Assembly (NCBI GenBank): GCA_015233335.1
Contig: JADFXX010000001.1
Location: forward strand, 134,302 to 198,301
Direction: 5' to 3'
Length of the DNA stretch: 64,000 nt
Origin: Candidatus Omnitrophota bacterium
GTDB taxonomy: Bacteria; Omnitrophota; Gorgyraeia; Zapsychrales; Fredricksoniimonadaceae
Part shown: positions 26,294 to 35,047 of the stretch, one piece after another
Layout of the letters: the number at the start of each line of letters is the position of its first letter
How positions within the stretch are numbered: position 1 is the first letter of the stretch
Notes under the pieces: model-generated
What the model was told of the DNA's origin: nothing
The model's database searches: none
Seen by the model: only the letters and a program-made list of their open reading frames with translations
Program-made: the position numbers and the translations under genes

Positions 26294-27928
26294 TTATTTC
26301 CTGCCTTTTTTCTCTGCAGGCCGCACTTGTGCCCTCTTGGCGGCGGCTGACGTCTGAAGGTCTCGCAATAATCGGGGCTTAATATAGCTTTCTTTGGCCA
26401 ATGCCTTCCAAACCCTGGCCTGACGCTTGCGCTCGGGCAAAGTGGCTGAATAATCATACCCCTGATCTGTCCCGGTCAGGCTGATTAAAGCCTCGATCGT
26501 TTCCTTGCACACCTTAATATTTGAAGATTCCAGTTTAGGGACCAAGGTCACGAAGGCAAAATGATTACCCATAAGCCCAAGTTTGCGGATCGCAACCCGC
26601 GCAACCCCTTCATCAATATCAGCGGACAGACGTGCGATGGCCGAAGCCTCCGGGTCACCTGCCCTATGATCGAGATGATTGACAATAAACCGGCGGATAT
26701 GCGGATCAGGGTCCCTGATAGCTGATACGATGACATGCTTAGCTTCATCAGAACCAAGCTTAACTAACCCCATCATTCCCTGCAATCTGAGAGATGAATC
26801 TTCATCATTAATAAAACGCCGATAAAGATCGACCAAGGTAGGATAATCCAAAACGCTCAGAAGCGATAACAGCTTCCTCTGAAAAAAGATATCCGCTTCA
26901 CGGGTCAACTCATAAAGCAGAGGGACCGCTCTTTTAGGGGCATTGCGAAAGATCGTATGCAAAACCGCCAGCTTATCTTCATCAGAAGTGCTTTCACTTG
27001 AAAGCTTGCGTCCGGCAGTCTCGAGCAGCCCATAGTCGGCCGCGGCTTCATCTGTTTCAACGCTCGGGCTTTCCATAAAATCTTCCTGTTCGGAAGATAA
27101 GGACTCCTCCTCTTGTGTCGATTCTAGGGTCTCTTCTTGCGGCTCATCTTGACTGACAATCTCTTCTTGCGGCTCATCTTGGGGATATTCCGGAACAGAC
27201 GCCGCAGGAGGCAGGCGGTCTTTGAGACTTGGGCCTTCGACACGGGCCTGCTCAAGGTCTTTTTCGTAAACCGTGTTAATGTTCTTAAAAAGAACTACCA
27301 CCTCATCAATAAGGTCATCCACGCGTTTGGTCGTCTGATTGACTTCCTGCTCAAGTTTTTCCAGAAAAGACTTTTCAGCCTTCCACATGGCAACCTCAGG
27401 ATTATCAGCAAAGAATTTCTTTTTCGTTTCCATAATAAGTTTGATCTCCTCCCGCTTCTTGGCCATCAAAAGAATAAGCTTCTGGATCTTTTCATCCAAA
27501 GCAGCCTGATAGGCCGCGGTCCTCTCACCGGTCGTATGCAAAAGACCGGCAGACAGACAGTCGTTCAAATCTTTCTGGACATCAAGGATCCTGTTTTCCG
27601 CCACACGCAAAGCAACGTTCATCTGAGTGTACGGCTCGATCTGCCCCCGCCGGGAAATTTCGGGCGGCCGTGCTTCTTGGGGTTTTTCCTCTTTGACGGG
27701 AGCTTGTCCCTGAACCTTTTTCTCTTTCCTGTCAAAGATCTTCTCTTGGACTACATCCCTGATGAGCCTCTTGGCTGAAACCATTAAGGCCGGATCTTCA
27801 GGATCAAAATAATAAGCAATGGAGCCGGCCTGAATATTCTCATACAAGAGCCTGCCCAATGTGATGAACAAAGAATCAGTTTGGGTACCGCACTCGTTTA
27901 GAAGTTCGCGTTTATTCTTAGTCGGCAT
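26294..27928 (-). CDS. HEAT-repeat protein with N-terminal coiled-coil/acidic region, module 2
   Basis: 544 aa. C-terminal HEAT units (DEDSSLRLQGMMGL, DPDPHIRRFIVNHL, DIDEGVARVAIRKL). The N-terminus is paralogous to the 357-aa protein (LFITLGRLLYENIQAGSIAYYFDPED vs LVFLFGEQIHQLYKSQDINFIFSPEG). Confidence 0.7.
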   Translation of the reverse strand: MPTKNKRELLNECGTQTDSLFITLGRLLYENIQAGSIAYYFDPEDPALMVSAKRLIRDVVQEKIFDRKEKKVQGQAPVKEEKPQEARPPEISRRGQIEPYTQMNVALRVAENRILDVQKDLNDCLSAGLLHTTGERTAAYQAALDEKIQKLILLMAKKREEIKLIMETKKKFFADNPEVAMWKAEKSFLEKLEQEVNQTTKRVDDLIDEVVVLFKNINTVYEKDLEQARVEGPSLKDRLPPAASVPEYPQDEPQEEIVSQDEPQEETLESTQEEESLSSEQEDFMESPSVETDEAAADYGLLETAGRKLSSESTSDEDKLAVLHTIFRNAPKRAVPLLYELTREADIFFQRKLLSLLSVLDYPTLVDLYRRFINDEDSSLRLQGMMGLVKLGSDEAKHVIVSAIRDPDPHIRRFIVNHLDHRAGDPEASAIARLSADIDEGVARVAIRKLGLMGNHFAFVTLVPKLESSNIKVCKETIEALISLTGTDQGYDYSATLPERKRQARVWKALAKESYIKPRLLRDLQTSAAAKRAQVRPAEKKGRK

Positions 27929-28362
27929 TATATTTCCGCAACATCCTTGGTGGCCTTTTCGATCTCTTTTTCAAGATCAGGATCGGCTGATACTTTTTTG
28001 ACGGCTTTCTTGGCGCCACCTTTACGGGCCACAGTCTTCTTTTTAGGCAAAACCACAGCTTGGGCGACTTTAGGCTTGCTCTGCACGTGGCCTTCGCTAA
28101 CCGAATCCATTCCTGCCCTAAATGACTGTCTTATCTCCCGAGTACTTTTCTCAACTGTTTTGGTAACTTGGTCCAACACCACCTCGGCCTTCTCACCGAA
28201 ACTGTCACAAATATCCTGGGTCGCAACCACCACACTTTTAAGCGGTTTCTTTTCAGCGACCCGTCCCAACTCCACGACCTTTTTACACAGAAAACCTGTC
28301 TTGTAAGAAATGGCCTTTAAAAGCCCTTGAAGCTCACTGTTCTTATTTTTTTCTTTGACCAT
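27928..28362 (-). CDS. Small basic protein partnered with HEAT module 3
   Basis: 144 aa. Overlaps the upstream gene by 20 nt and the downstream gene by 1 nt (TAATG), implying translational coupling. Confidence 0.45.
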   Translation of the reverse strand: MVKEKNKNSELQGLLKAISYKTGFLCKKVVELGRVAEKKPLKSVVVATQDICDSFGEKAEVVLDQVTKTVEKSTREIRQSFRAGMDSVSEGHVQSKPKVAQAVVLPKKKTVARKGGAKKAVKKVSADPDLEKEIEKATKDVAEI

Positions 28363-29416
28363 AAGTTTTATTCCTTTTTCTTTCCGGCATAAGTTTCTCT
28401 AATGCCTTCTCAGCCGCTTTTTTAACATCTTCTTCTTTATCAGATAACAAGTTCTTGACCGCCCTCAGGGCCCCTTCAGGCTTGACGATAGAAAGCATCT
28501 CAAGCAGGCTGATACGGACAAAGGAGCTTGGGTCTTCCCACGCCCTTATCGCCTTACTGACCCCTTCCTTACCATAATATATTCCCAAATAGGTCACAGC
28601 AAGCCCTCGAATATGCTGGTCATTGTCCTGAAGAAGGCTTTCGAGGATCTCGCCGTTCCTTGGGCTCACATGACTGCCGAGGCCCTTGATCGCCGCAGTC
28701 CTGACCTTGATGTCAGGATCATTCATGCCCAGCTCAAAGAACCCAGCAGAATCGCCCTCCTTCATACGGGAAATACTCTTCATAACAGCCATGCGAACAA
28801 GAGCGCTCTCATCCTTCATAGCAAATTCGTAGACCTGGCGCAAGACCTCAACCGGAGTTATATGCGCGATTTGCCCGAGGGCAACCTCGCGTTCGCGGAC
28901 AGAACCCATTGAGAACTGCTTAATGTTGCGTTCAAAAAGCCTTCTGTCCGCATCAGAGGTGAACACGGCCGTATCAAGAAGCCGGGTTAAAGTGTCATCA
29001 AGCCTGACTTTTTCTTGGGCAAAAGGAGCGCTTATTGAATTTTCTTCTTCAACAATTTTCTTGACCTCTGATTCAACAACGCTGATCTGCTCCCCGGTCT
29101 GCGACTCTTCGGCCTCTTGCTGTAAGCCCTCTTCCTCATCAAGGGTTGCCTTATCTTCTTGTGCGGCTTCCTCTTGGAGCCAAGCCTCGTCCTCAAGTTC
29201 ATCTTCTTCTAATCCGTCCTCTTGAAGATCGGAAATTCTCTCATCAAGATAGTCCAAAAGCCTTATAAGCCGATCGATCTCCTTTTCTTTAAGACGACCT
29301 TCAGGTGAAAAAATAAAATTTATATCTTGAGATTTATAAAGCTGGTGAATCTGCTCACCAAACAAAAAAACCAGCTTCCTGTGCTTATCTTTAAGTTCCT
29401 GCAGTTGAGGCTCCAT
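28343..29416 (-). CDS. HEAT-repeat protein with acidic coiled N-terminal region, module 3
   Basis: 357 aa. HEAT units (DESALVRMAVMKSI, DPDIKVRTAAIKGL, DNDQHIRGLAVTYL, DPSSFVRISLLEML, DKEEDVKKAAEKAL). Confidence 0.7.
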   Translation of the reverse strand: MEPQLQELKDKHRKLVFLFGEQIHQLYKSQDINFIFSPEGRLKEKEIDRLIRLLDYLDERISDLQEDGLEEDELEDEAWLQEEAAQEDKATLDEEEGLQQEAEESQTGEQISVVESEVKKIVEEENSISAPFAQEKVRLDDTLTRLLDTAVFTSDADRRLFERNIKQFSMGSVREREVALGQIAHITPVEVLRQVYEFAMKDESALVRMAVMKSISRMKEGDSAGFFELGMNDPDIKVRTAAIKGLGSHVSPRNGEILESLLQDNDQHIRGLAVTYLGIYYGKEGVSKAIRAWEDPSSFVRISLLEMLSIVKPEGALRAVKNLLSDKEEDVKKAAEKALEKLMPERKRNKTYGQRKK

Positions 29417-29489
29417 CCAATCTCTCCTAACTGAACCCTGACGCTTTGACGTTACCGTCAGTCAGGGGCCTTTTACAAACATTGACCTA

Positions 29490-29507
29490 AAAGATAATAT
29501 TATCTTT
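29490..29507. promoter_or_regulatory. Perfect 18-bp palindrome AAAGATAATATTATCTTT (Fur-box-like GATAAT/ATTATC core), candidate metalloregulator operator
   Basis: Dyad symmetry checked base by base. It lies in the 124-nt gap between the DtxR-family gene stop (29541) and the first HEAT gene start (29416), overlapping possible -10 hexamers. Confidence 0.5.
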
Positions 29508-29540
29508 GGGCCTAACAAATTTCCAGAACTATTTTGGCCG

Positions 29541-30293
29541 TCAGCTTTTAAAAAAATGCCCTAAAAACCCTTTTAATCTTCCGAAGCCCTCTTTCTTATC
29601 GGCCGCCTTATGATGGAGAGTCTCCCCCGCTTCTTCAAAATTCTTCCAGACCGAAATATTCTTGACGACATCCGCATCAAGGGCAATGCTGGCCCCTTCA
29701 CATTCAATGACATAGGTCGGATAATTCTGATGAAGCTTGACGAATACACCGGGCCGAATGCACAGCCCGTCAAGCTTATGGATCTGCTGATCGCTTTTGC
29801 AATTGATATAGGCGATCCGGGCCGATTCCCCAAGCTTAAGATCAGCGAGGGGAATAATAAAACTGGAAGCGCTCTTGATGGCCTGCAGGCAACACTCGCC
29901 TTCCGGTATGGGCATGCCATGGGGGCATTCTTTAGGATGCCCCAAAAGAGTACAGATGCCGTTAACAAGCTCAAGCGAAACCGTATGTTCAAATTCGCAG
30001 GCGATAGACTCAAGGTCACCGCCGCCTAAAACATCGGCTACAAGCCGCTCTGCGAGCCTATGCGCCCTGATCAATTGCCGGGCGCGGTCTTCGCCTTCAG
30101 GGGTGAGTTTAATGGTCGCAGTCTTCGGGTCCCACTCAAGAAGCCCTCGCAGGGAAAGCTCTTCAATGATCTTGGCATCAAAAGAACGCTTCATGGCCTT
30201 CTTAAGAAAATCGATCGAAGTCTCTTTTTGCTCCTTCATATACCAGAGCTGTTCGATATGTTCGTCCTGTTCCTCATTTCTTTCTATAGCCAT
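29541..30293 (-). CDS. DtxR/IdeR/MntR-family metal-dependent transcriptional regulator with C-terminal FeoA/SH3-like domain
   Basis: 250 aa. A winged-helix region, then RAHRLAERLVADVLG and ECPHGMPIP (the DtxR metal-site region), then a C-terminal FeoA-like LKLGESARIAYI...IRPGVFVKL. Confidence 0.85.
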   Translation of the reverse strand: MAIERNEEQDEHIEQLWYMKEQKETSIDFLKKAMKRSFDAKIIEELSLRGLLEWDPKTATIKLTPEGEDRARQLIRAHRLAERLVADVLGGGDLESIACEFEHTVSLELVNGICTLLGHPKECPHGMPIPEGECCLQAIKSASSFIIPLADLKLGESARIAYINCKSDQQIHKLDGLCIRPGVFVKLHQNYPTYVIECEGASIALDADVVKNISVWKNFEEAGETLHHKAADKKEGFGRLKGFLGHFFKS

Positions 30294-31141
30294 ACACGCT
30301 CCATCACTTTCCCTGTCCCCAAACTCAAAACAGCAAACAGCATCAAAGCCAGCATCGAAGGCGAAGAGGAAATCTTCATTCTAAATGTCCCTAAAAACGC
30401 CATGGCCTCATTCCATATCGACGAACCCCGGGAAGTAGCCATAGGCAAGGCATCAATTTCACTCAGCCACGACTTCCACTGGGCATTTTCTAAAACGCTT
30501 AAGATCTCTACATGTTGGGGGCGCTCAAATTGGGCCACCCGGACCTTCCATCCGTCTGTCAAAAGAAGCTCATCAGACATCTCCAAATGATCTTCTGTCA
30601 GTCCTCGAACAAAAATTCTGCTTTCATAATCTGAGACCAGCATGGACTTGTCTTTAAGTATCACGCTGAAAGCTGTGCCCCTGACACCGGCAATCGCAAC
30701 CGGTGTACGCACCTTGAAGGTCGAGCCTTTCTCAAGACCGTCTAATTTAAGCTTGATCTCGCCGCGGTCCATAAAGAGTGTCGTATTCTTGCGGATCCTG
30801 TCGCTTTCAAAGAATACCCGGGAATCAGCGCCGACTCTCATGATATCTTTATAAGCATCGTCATAAGCGATCTCAACAAAAGAACCCTTGCCTGTCGTGA
30901 TCTTATCCCGCGCATTGAGCACAGTACCCAAACTCGGCACGAGTGTTTCTCCTGCGCGTTCAACAATGACACTGCCTTCAAGACGCACGATACGCGCGCG
31001 GTCAGGCGTTTCACTGGTCAAAAAATTGACCGCCAAAAGAACCGCTAAAAGCGCCCCGCCGGCCATTAAAGCATGCGAAGCATTGGAAGTGTAACGCGAA
31101 ATAAAATTAAAGACAATTTGTTTTTCGGCTTTCCAGCTCAT
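30284..31141 (-). CDS. FecR-domain membrane protein
   Basis: 285 aa. An N-terminal TM helix followed by a FecR-like beta-rich domain (RLEGSVIVERAGE...GADSRVFFES...VRTPVAIAGVRGTAFSV). No ECF sigma factor gene is adjacent. Confidence 0.65.
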   Translation of the reverse strand: MSWKAEKQIVFNFISRYTSNASHALMAGGALLAVLLAVNFLTSETPDRARIVRLEGSVIVERAGETLVPSLGTVLNARDKITTGKGSFVEIAYDDAYKDIMRVGADSRVFFESDRIRKNTTLFMDRGEIKLKLDGLEKGSTFKVRTPVAIAGVRGTAFSVILKDKSMLVSDYESRIFVRGLTEDHLEMSDELLLTDGWKVRVAQFERPQHVEILSVLENAQWKSWLSEIDALPMATSRGSSIWNEAMAFLGTFRMKISSSPSMLALMLFAVLSLGTGKVMERVWL

Positions 31142-31156
31142 TCGACCTCTGCCCTG

Positions 31157-33073
31157 TTAGCGACCGATCATAAAAACCAGTGCCCAATTAAGCGCTCCCG
31201 CCAATATAAATGATGAAATAAAAATCATCGCAGTCATCGCGATTGCGGTCTTCAATCCCATTTCCCTTGCGATCGCAGTGACATTCGCCACACAAGGAAA
31301 AGAGATGGTTGTCACAACTACAGCCACGATCGATTGAATATAGTTTAATGCCCCCGCGTTGACCATCTTAAGAATGAGGCCCGCAGCGGCTTCACGCCGT
31401 GCAAACGCCAGTAGAAATACATCGACAATGTCCCGTGGCAATCCCATCCATCCGACAATGAGAGGTGTTAACATCTGCTTGATCAAATTAAGCAATCCGG
31501 TTTTCTCAAAAACAAAAAGACCGGCCGCTGATAACAAAAAGATCGGTAAAGCTTCCTGAAGAAAATCAGTCACACGATGATAAGTCTTTCGAAAGACAGC
31601 TTTCATGCTGGGAAAACGCATAGGAGGAATGACCTGAATAAAAGAGCTTGCCTCTTTGGTCTTAATGATCTTGTTAAGGAACATCCCTGCTCCCATTTCA
31701 CAAAATCCCAGCATCGCAAAAACGATCAGAAATGCGCTGATCCCCACCTTAGCCAGAATGGCCATGGAAATGCCCAGTTGCGCGGAACAAGGAATTGCAA
31801 AAGCGATCAGGAAAACGGCGATGAACTTCTCTTTTGGGACCGTCAGGCTCCGGGCACTCAAAGTCGCCATAGTTTTACAGCCGAATCCCAATACCAGCGA
31901 AGTGACTGCATTGCCCGGAATCCCGATCTTAGCAAATACCCTCTTGGAAAATACCGTAAAATTCGTTATATACCCGCTGTCCTCAAAACAACCAAAGATA
32001 AAAAAGAACACCGAAAGGATAGGAAGCACTGTGCCTATGGCATTAAAAAGTCCCAACGTCAAGATTCCGTAATCACCGATCAAAAGGTCCTTCCAAAACG
32101 GGGGCAGCGGGAATGATGATATCAAACCGGTCACGGGAAAAACAAGCAAAAGATCAAGAAATTTATCAAGCGCACCGGAAATATAGACAACGCTCAGATA
32201 AACGACGGCCATAAAAACCAAAAAGATCGGGATCCCCCAAAAAGGGTCCCGGCTGGCCCGGGTAAAATGATAGGAAAACCCCTGATACGTCATCTTTTGT
32301 TTACGGATGACCAAGCTCGCAATATGGTCGACCCAGCGGCTGCGCCTGTCAATAAAAACCTGCCGGATATTCCCCTTTAACTGCCGTCGTATCTTGTTGG
32401 TCTCAAGATGGATGAGGGCGGCTCTTGGAGCTCCATACTTTTTTTCAAGAAACTTCTCCACAAAAGGGTCAGTCAAAAGGAGAAGGCTTGCGATCTTGTA
32501 TTTGAATTCCAAATCAAAAGGCAATTCAGATGCCAATTCAATAATCGACTGCTCGATGGCCGCGCCATACTTAAGGTCCAGAGCGCCTTTACGTGCATGA
32601 CCAATGGCATCCTTGATCTCCTCTTTTCCCAACCCTCGCGAAGCTATCGATTCGACCACCGCGACGCCCAGCATCCCCTCAAGCGCCTCTGAATCGATCC
32701 AAACCCCTTTGCGCGTCGCTTCATCCATGGAATTAAGGACAATGACCATCGGAGTCTCTAATTCCAAAAGTTCAGCGGTCAACAGCAAGGATTGCTTGTA
32801 TTGGCTGGCATCAATGCATTGAACAATAATATCCGGCGCTTCGGCTAAGATCATGTCGCGCACCGCGATCTCTTCTTCAGAATGGATATAAAGACAATGC
32901 AGGCCGGGTGTATCGATGATTTCGTAATGCTTGTTGTTGATTGTTGTGACCGACCGTCTCATTTCAACGGTCGTGCCCGGATAATTCGCTACAATATTGT
33001 ATTCGCCGGTGAGATTATTGAAGATCTGTGTTTTGCCCGTGTTAGGGATCCCAATGAGTGCGACTTTTTTCAT
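31157..33073 (-). CDS. feoB: Ferrous iron transporter FeoB (copy 1, inside the magnetosome region)
   Basis: G-domain VALIGIPNTGKTQIFNNLTG...DTPG followed by a polytopic gate region. I prefer the ATG at 33073 (MKKVALIG) to the track TTG at 33151, which overlaps the upstream gene. Confidence 0.9.
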   Translation of the reverse strand: MKKVALIGIPNTGKTQIFNNLTGEYNIVANYPGTTVEMRRSVTTINNKHYEIIDTPGLHCLYIHSEEEIAVRDMILAEAPDIIVQCIDASQYKQSLLLTAELLELETPMVIVLNSMDEATRKGVWIDSEALEGMLGVAVVESIASRGLGKEEIKDAIGHARKGALDLKYGAAIEQSIIELASELPFDLEFKYKIASLLLLTDPFVEKFLEKKYGAPRAALIHLETNKIRRQLKGNIRQVFIDRRSRWVDHIASLVIRKQKMTYQGFSYHFTRASRDPFWGIPIFLVFMAVVYLSVVYISGALDKFLDLLLVFPVTGLISSFPLPPFWKDLLIGDYGILTLGLFNAIGTVLPILSVFFFIFGCFEDSGYITNFTVFSKRVFAKIGIPGNAVTSLVLGFGCKTMATLSARSLTVPKEKFIAVFLIAFAIPCSAQLGISMAILAKVGISAFLIVFAMLGFCEMGAGMFLNKIIKTKEASSFIQVIPPMRFPSMKAVFRKTYHRVTDFLQEALPIFLLSAAGLFVFEKTGLLNLIKQMLTPLIVGWMGLPRDIVDVFLLAFARREAAAGLILKMVNAGALNYIQSIVAVVVTTISFPCVANVTAIAREMGLKTAIAMTAMIFISSFILAGALNWALVFMIGR

Positions 33074-33128
33074 CCTCTTCACTTCAGGGACATTCAGGAT
33101 GCGGTTGGGCTTACTTTCCACAGGACTC

Positions 33129-33884
33129 CTAACGGGCTTTATGTTCCCCAAACAAATTCTTTAAAAACTGCATTTCGCCGATGGGCTTATCCTTTTCTTT
33201 TTCTATAGGCTCTTCTTCATCAATAATTTTCGCCTTGATCGCCTGGTTGACTTCAGCTGTTATGTTTTCTCCCTGTGTTGTAAAAGAGACCGGTTCTTCT
33301 ACAGTCGCCTTAGTTTCAACCGCCGCCGCTGAAGCAAAATATTTTTTTGTTTTGTCAACGCCGACCCCGCGCAAATGGAAGGTGATCTTAAAATTCTTCC
33401 ACTCAAAAACGCGGTCGAGTTCAGCCTTAAGCACTTGCTCGATCTCATTTAACTCTTCATAAATGGAGGAAACGCCGTCAAGGCCGATCGCAACGAGGAT
33501 CTCAATATTATCCCCAGGGCCGTGTTCAAATTCAATGCCCACGTCAGACGCGCAGGGGCTTTGTTCGATGATCTGAAGGATAAAACTCCTGATCGCCTTC
33601 TCCGGGATACTCAAAGGCTTACCGTCTTTTTCTACGTTGATCACATGAGGGGCAGGTCTTGTCCTTGCAGAAAAGATCAATAAAATAAACCCTAAAACAA
33701 CAAAGAAGGCCCCCACCCCTAAAACAGTCGTCAGAGATCTGGGAGTTGCCAGTAAATTATTGTAAAACTCCATAAGCTTGTCAGAAGGCAGACGCCCCAA
33801 ACCCACAGCCACAAGCACAAGCCCCTCCAGCATGCATAAGCCGGCGGCAATCATCATGAACACCTTGATAAAAAATGATTTCAT
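33129..33884 (-). CDS. Membrane protein with Asp23/AmaP-like domain
   Basis: 251 aa. Two N-terminal TM helices followed by a region resembling alkaline-shock Asp23/AmaP proteins (LSIPEKAIRSFILQIIEQSP...IEILVAIGL). Assigned by eye, weak. Confidence 0.4.
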   Translation of the reverse strand: MKSFFIKVFMMIAAGLCMLEGLVLVAVGLGRLPSDKLMEFYNNLLATPRSLTTVLGVGAFFVVLGFILLIFSARTRPAPHVINVEKDGKPLSIPEKAIRSFILQIIEQSPCASDVGIEFEHGPGDNIEILVAIGLDGVSSIYEELNEIEQVLKAELDRVFEWKNFKITFHLRGVGVDKTKKYFASAAAVETKATVEEPVSFTTQGENITAEVNQAIKAKIIDEEEPIEKEKDKPIGEMQFLKNLFGEHKAR

Positions 33885-33933
33885 TTTAACACCTGTCTCC
33901 TCTAATTAAATATCCTTGCGAGCGTTGTCCCTC

Positions 33934-34021
33934 GTGTCATTGCGAGCGAAGCGAAGCAATCTCAACAAAATTTATTATTCATTCAGAGATTGCTTCGTCG
34001 CTTCGCCCCTCGCAATGGCAC
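33934..34021. repeat. Palindromic intergenic repeat, type A, full copy
   Basis: gtgtcattgcgagcgaagcgaagcaatctc ... gagattgcttcgtcgcttcgcccctcgcaatggcac. Confidence 0.9.
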
Positions 34022-34033
34022 TTTATTAAATAT

Positions 34034-34375
34034 TTACAAATTATACAACAGGTCCCGGCAGGAAGGAGGGGTCTTTAATTTCCCTTGCCTGCTCTCGACC
34101 CTGTCTTCAATGACCTTGGCCATTTTTTTAAGATCTTCTTTACTCTGCCCGGTATCCCCGCGCCCCAGTTTGATCTGAGCTCCCAATGCCATGATCCTGG
34201 CCATCTCCGAAAAAGTCATCGCCCCACAAAGCTGATCGATATCCTCTTTGAGAACAGTATCAACGTCAAGACAGCTCAACTCTCGTGCCAATGGCGAGTC
34301 CTGATCCAGTTGCCTGATCCCCTCGCGTACGGAATTATTCAAAAAAGATGCCATCTGCTGTTTAAGATTTAACAT
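34034..34375 (-). CDS. Hypothetical protein
   Basis: 113 aa. Tightly follows the PDZ gene (8-nt gap). No recognisable domain. Confidence 0.35.
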   Translation of the reverse strand: MLNLKQQMASFLNNSVREGIRQLDQDSPLARELSCLDVDTVLKEDIDQLCGAMTFSEMARIMALGAQIKLGRGDTGQSKEDLKKMAKVIEDRVESRQGKLKTPPSCRDLLYNL

Positions 34376-34383
34376 TTCCCCGA

Positions 34384-34938
34384 CTAACGCTTGATCGGTA
34401 AAAACCCTTCCATCTCGCCTTCACCGATAAAAATAACACCCTTCTTCTTACGAATGCCCCTCATATAGGTGATCTTTGCGTCCTTTTCCGGAGGAGCCTT
34501 GGTTAAAAGGTCCTGAAACTGTTCTAAGCTGGTAATCTCTTGTGTATTAAAAGTCAGAAGAATATCCCCTTGCTTAAGCCCAGCCTTCTCTGCCCACGAA
34601 TTACCCATAACACCCGTAATCTTGACCTTGCCTCCACCCACCTGGATCGCCTCAACACCCATGATCTTGATAAGTACCGGAGCATCCTGGCCGGCCATGA
34701 TCGGCGGTGCTCCCGGCATCGCAACTTGCTGTAAGCCGCCCTGATTGGCATAATACCCCTGCCCTTGGCCGCTGCCGGGGACGGGACAATATGCGGTTTG
34801 CTTAAACATATCCGCTGTCCTGATCTCATGCAACGTATCTTGGGCGGTATCCTGTACAACATTATCAAAACATAGCGCAATAATGATCATGGCAAGAAAA
34901 CCCACTGCACAAAGCGTGATAATAAGTTCTTTCTTCAT
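34384..34938 (-). CDS. Membrane-anchored single-PDZ protein
   Basis: 184 aa. An N-terminal TM helix and a PDZ core (GNSWAEKAGLKQGDILLTFNTQEITSLEQFQDLL). Confidence 0.65.
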   Translation of the reverse strand: MKKELIITLCAVGFLAMIIIALCFDNVVQDTAQDTLHEIRTADMFKQTAYCPVPGSGQGQGYYANQGGLQQVAMPGAPPIMAGQDAPVLIKIMGVEAIQVGGGKVKITGVMGNSWAEKAGLKQGDILLTFNTQEITSLEQFQDLLTKAPPEKDAKITYMRGIRKKKGVIFIGEGEMEGFLPIKR

Positions 34939-34960
34939 AGAGATTCCTTTATAAATTTGC

Positions 34961-35027
34961 CGTCATTCTGAGGACAAGCCGAAGAATCAAAAGGCCCCTT
35001 AAGATCCTTCGCTAAAGCTCAAAATGA
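34961..35027. repeat. Palindromic intergenic repeat, type B, full (degenerate) copy
   Basis: gtcattctgaggacaagccgaagaatc ... cttaagatccttcgctaaagctcaaaatgac, between the TauE and PDZ genes. Confidence 0.8.
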
Positions 35028-35047
35028 CAAATAACTATAATGGCCAA

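Noticed and set aside
26293-26457. Long form (163 aa) of the small protein ORF, overlapping the HEAT gene by 164 nt
   Set aside because: The extension is Pro/Arg/Cys-rich shadow sequence inside the HEAT gene. An ATG one nt after the HEAT stop gives a compact, coupled 108-aa protein.
33074-33151. TTG-initiated 26-codon extension of FeoB copy 1
   Set aside because: It overlaps the upstream gene. FeoB proteins normally begin a few residues before the G1 motif, which matches the ATG at 33073.
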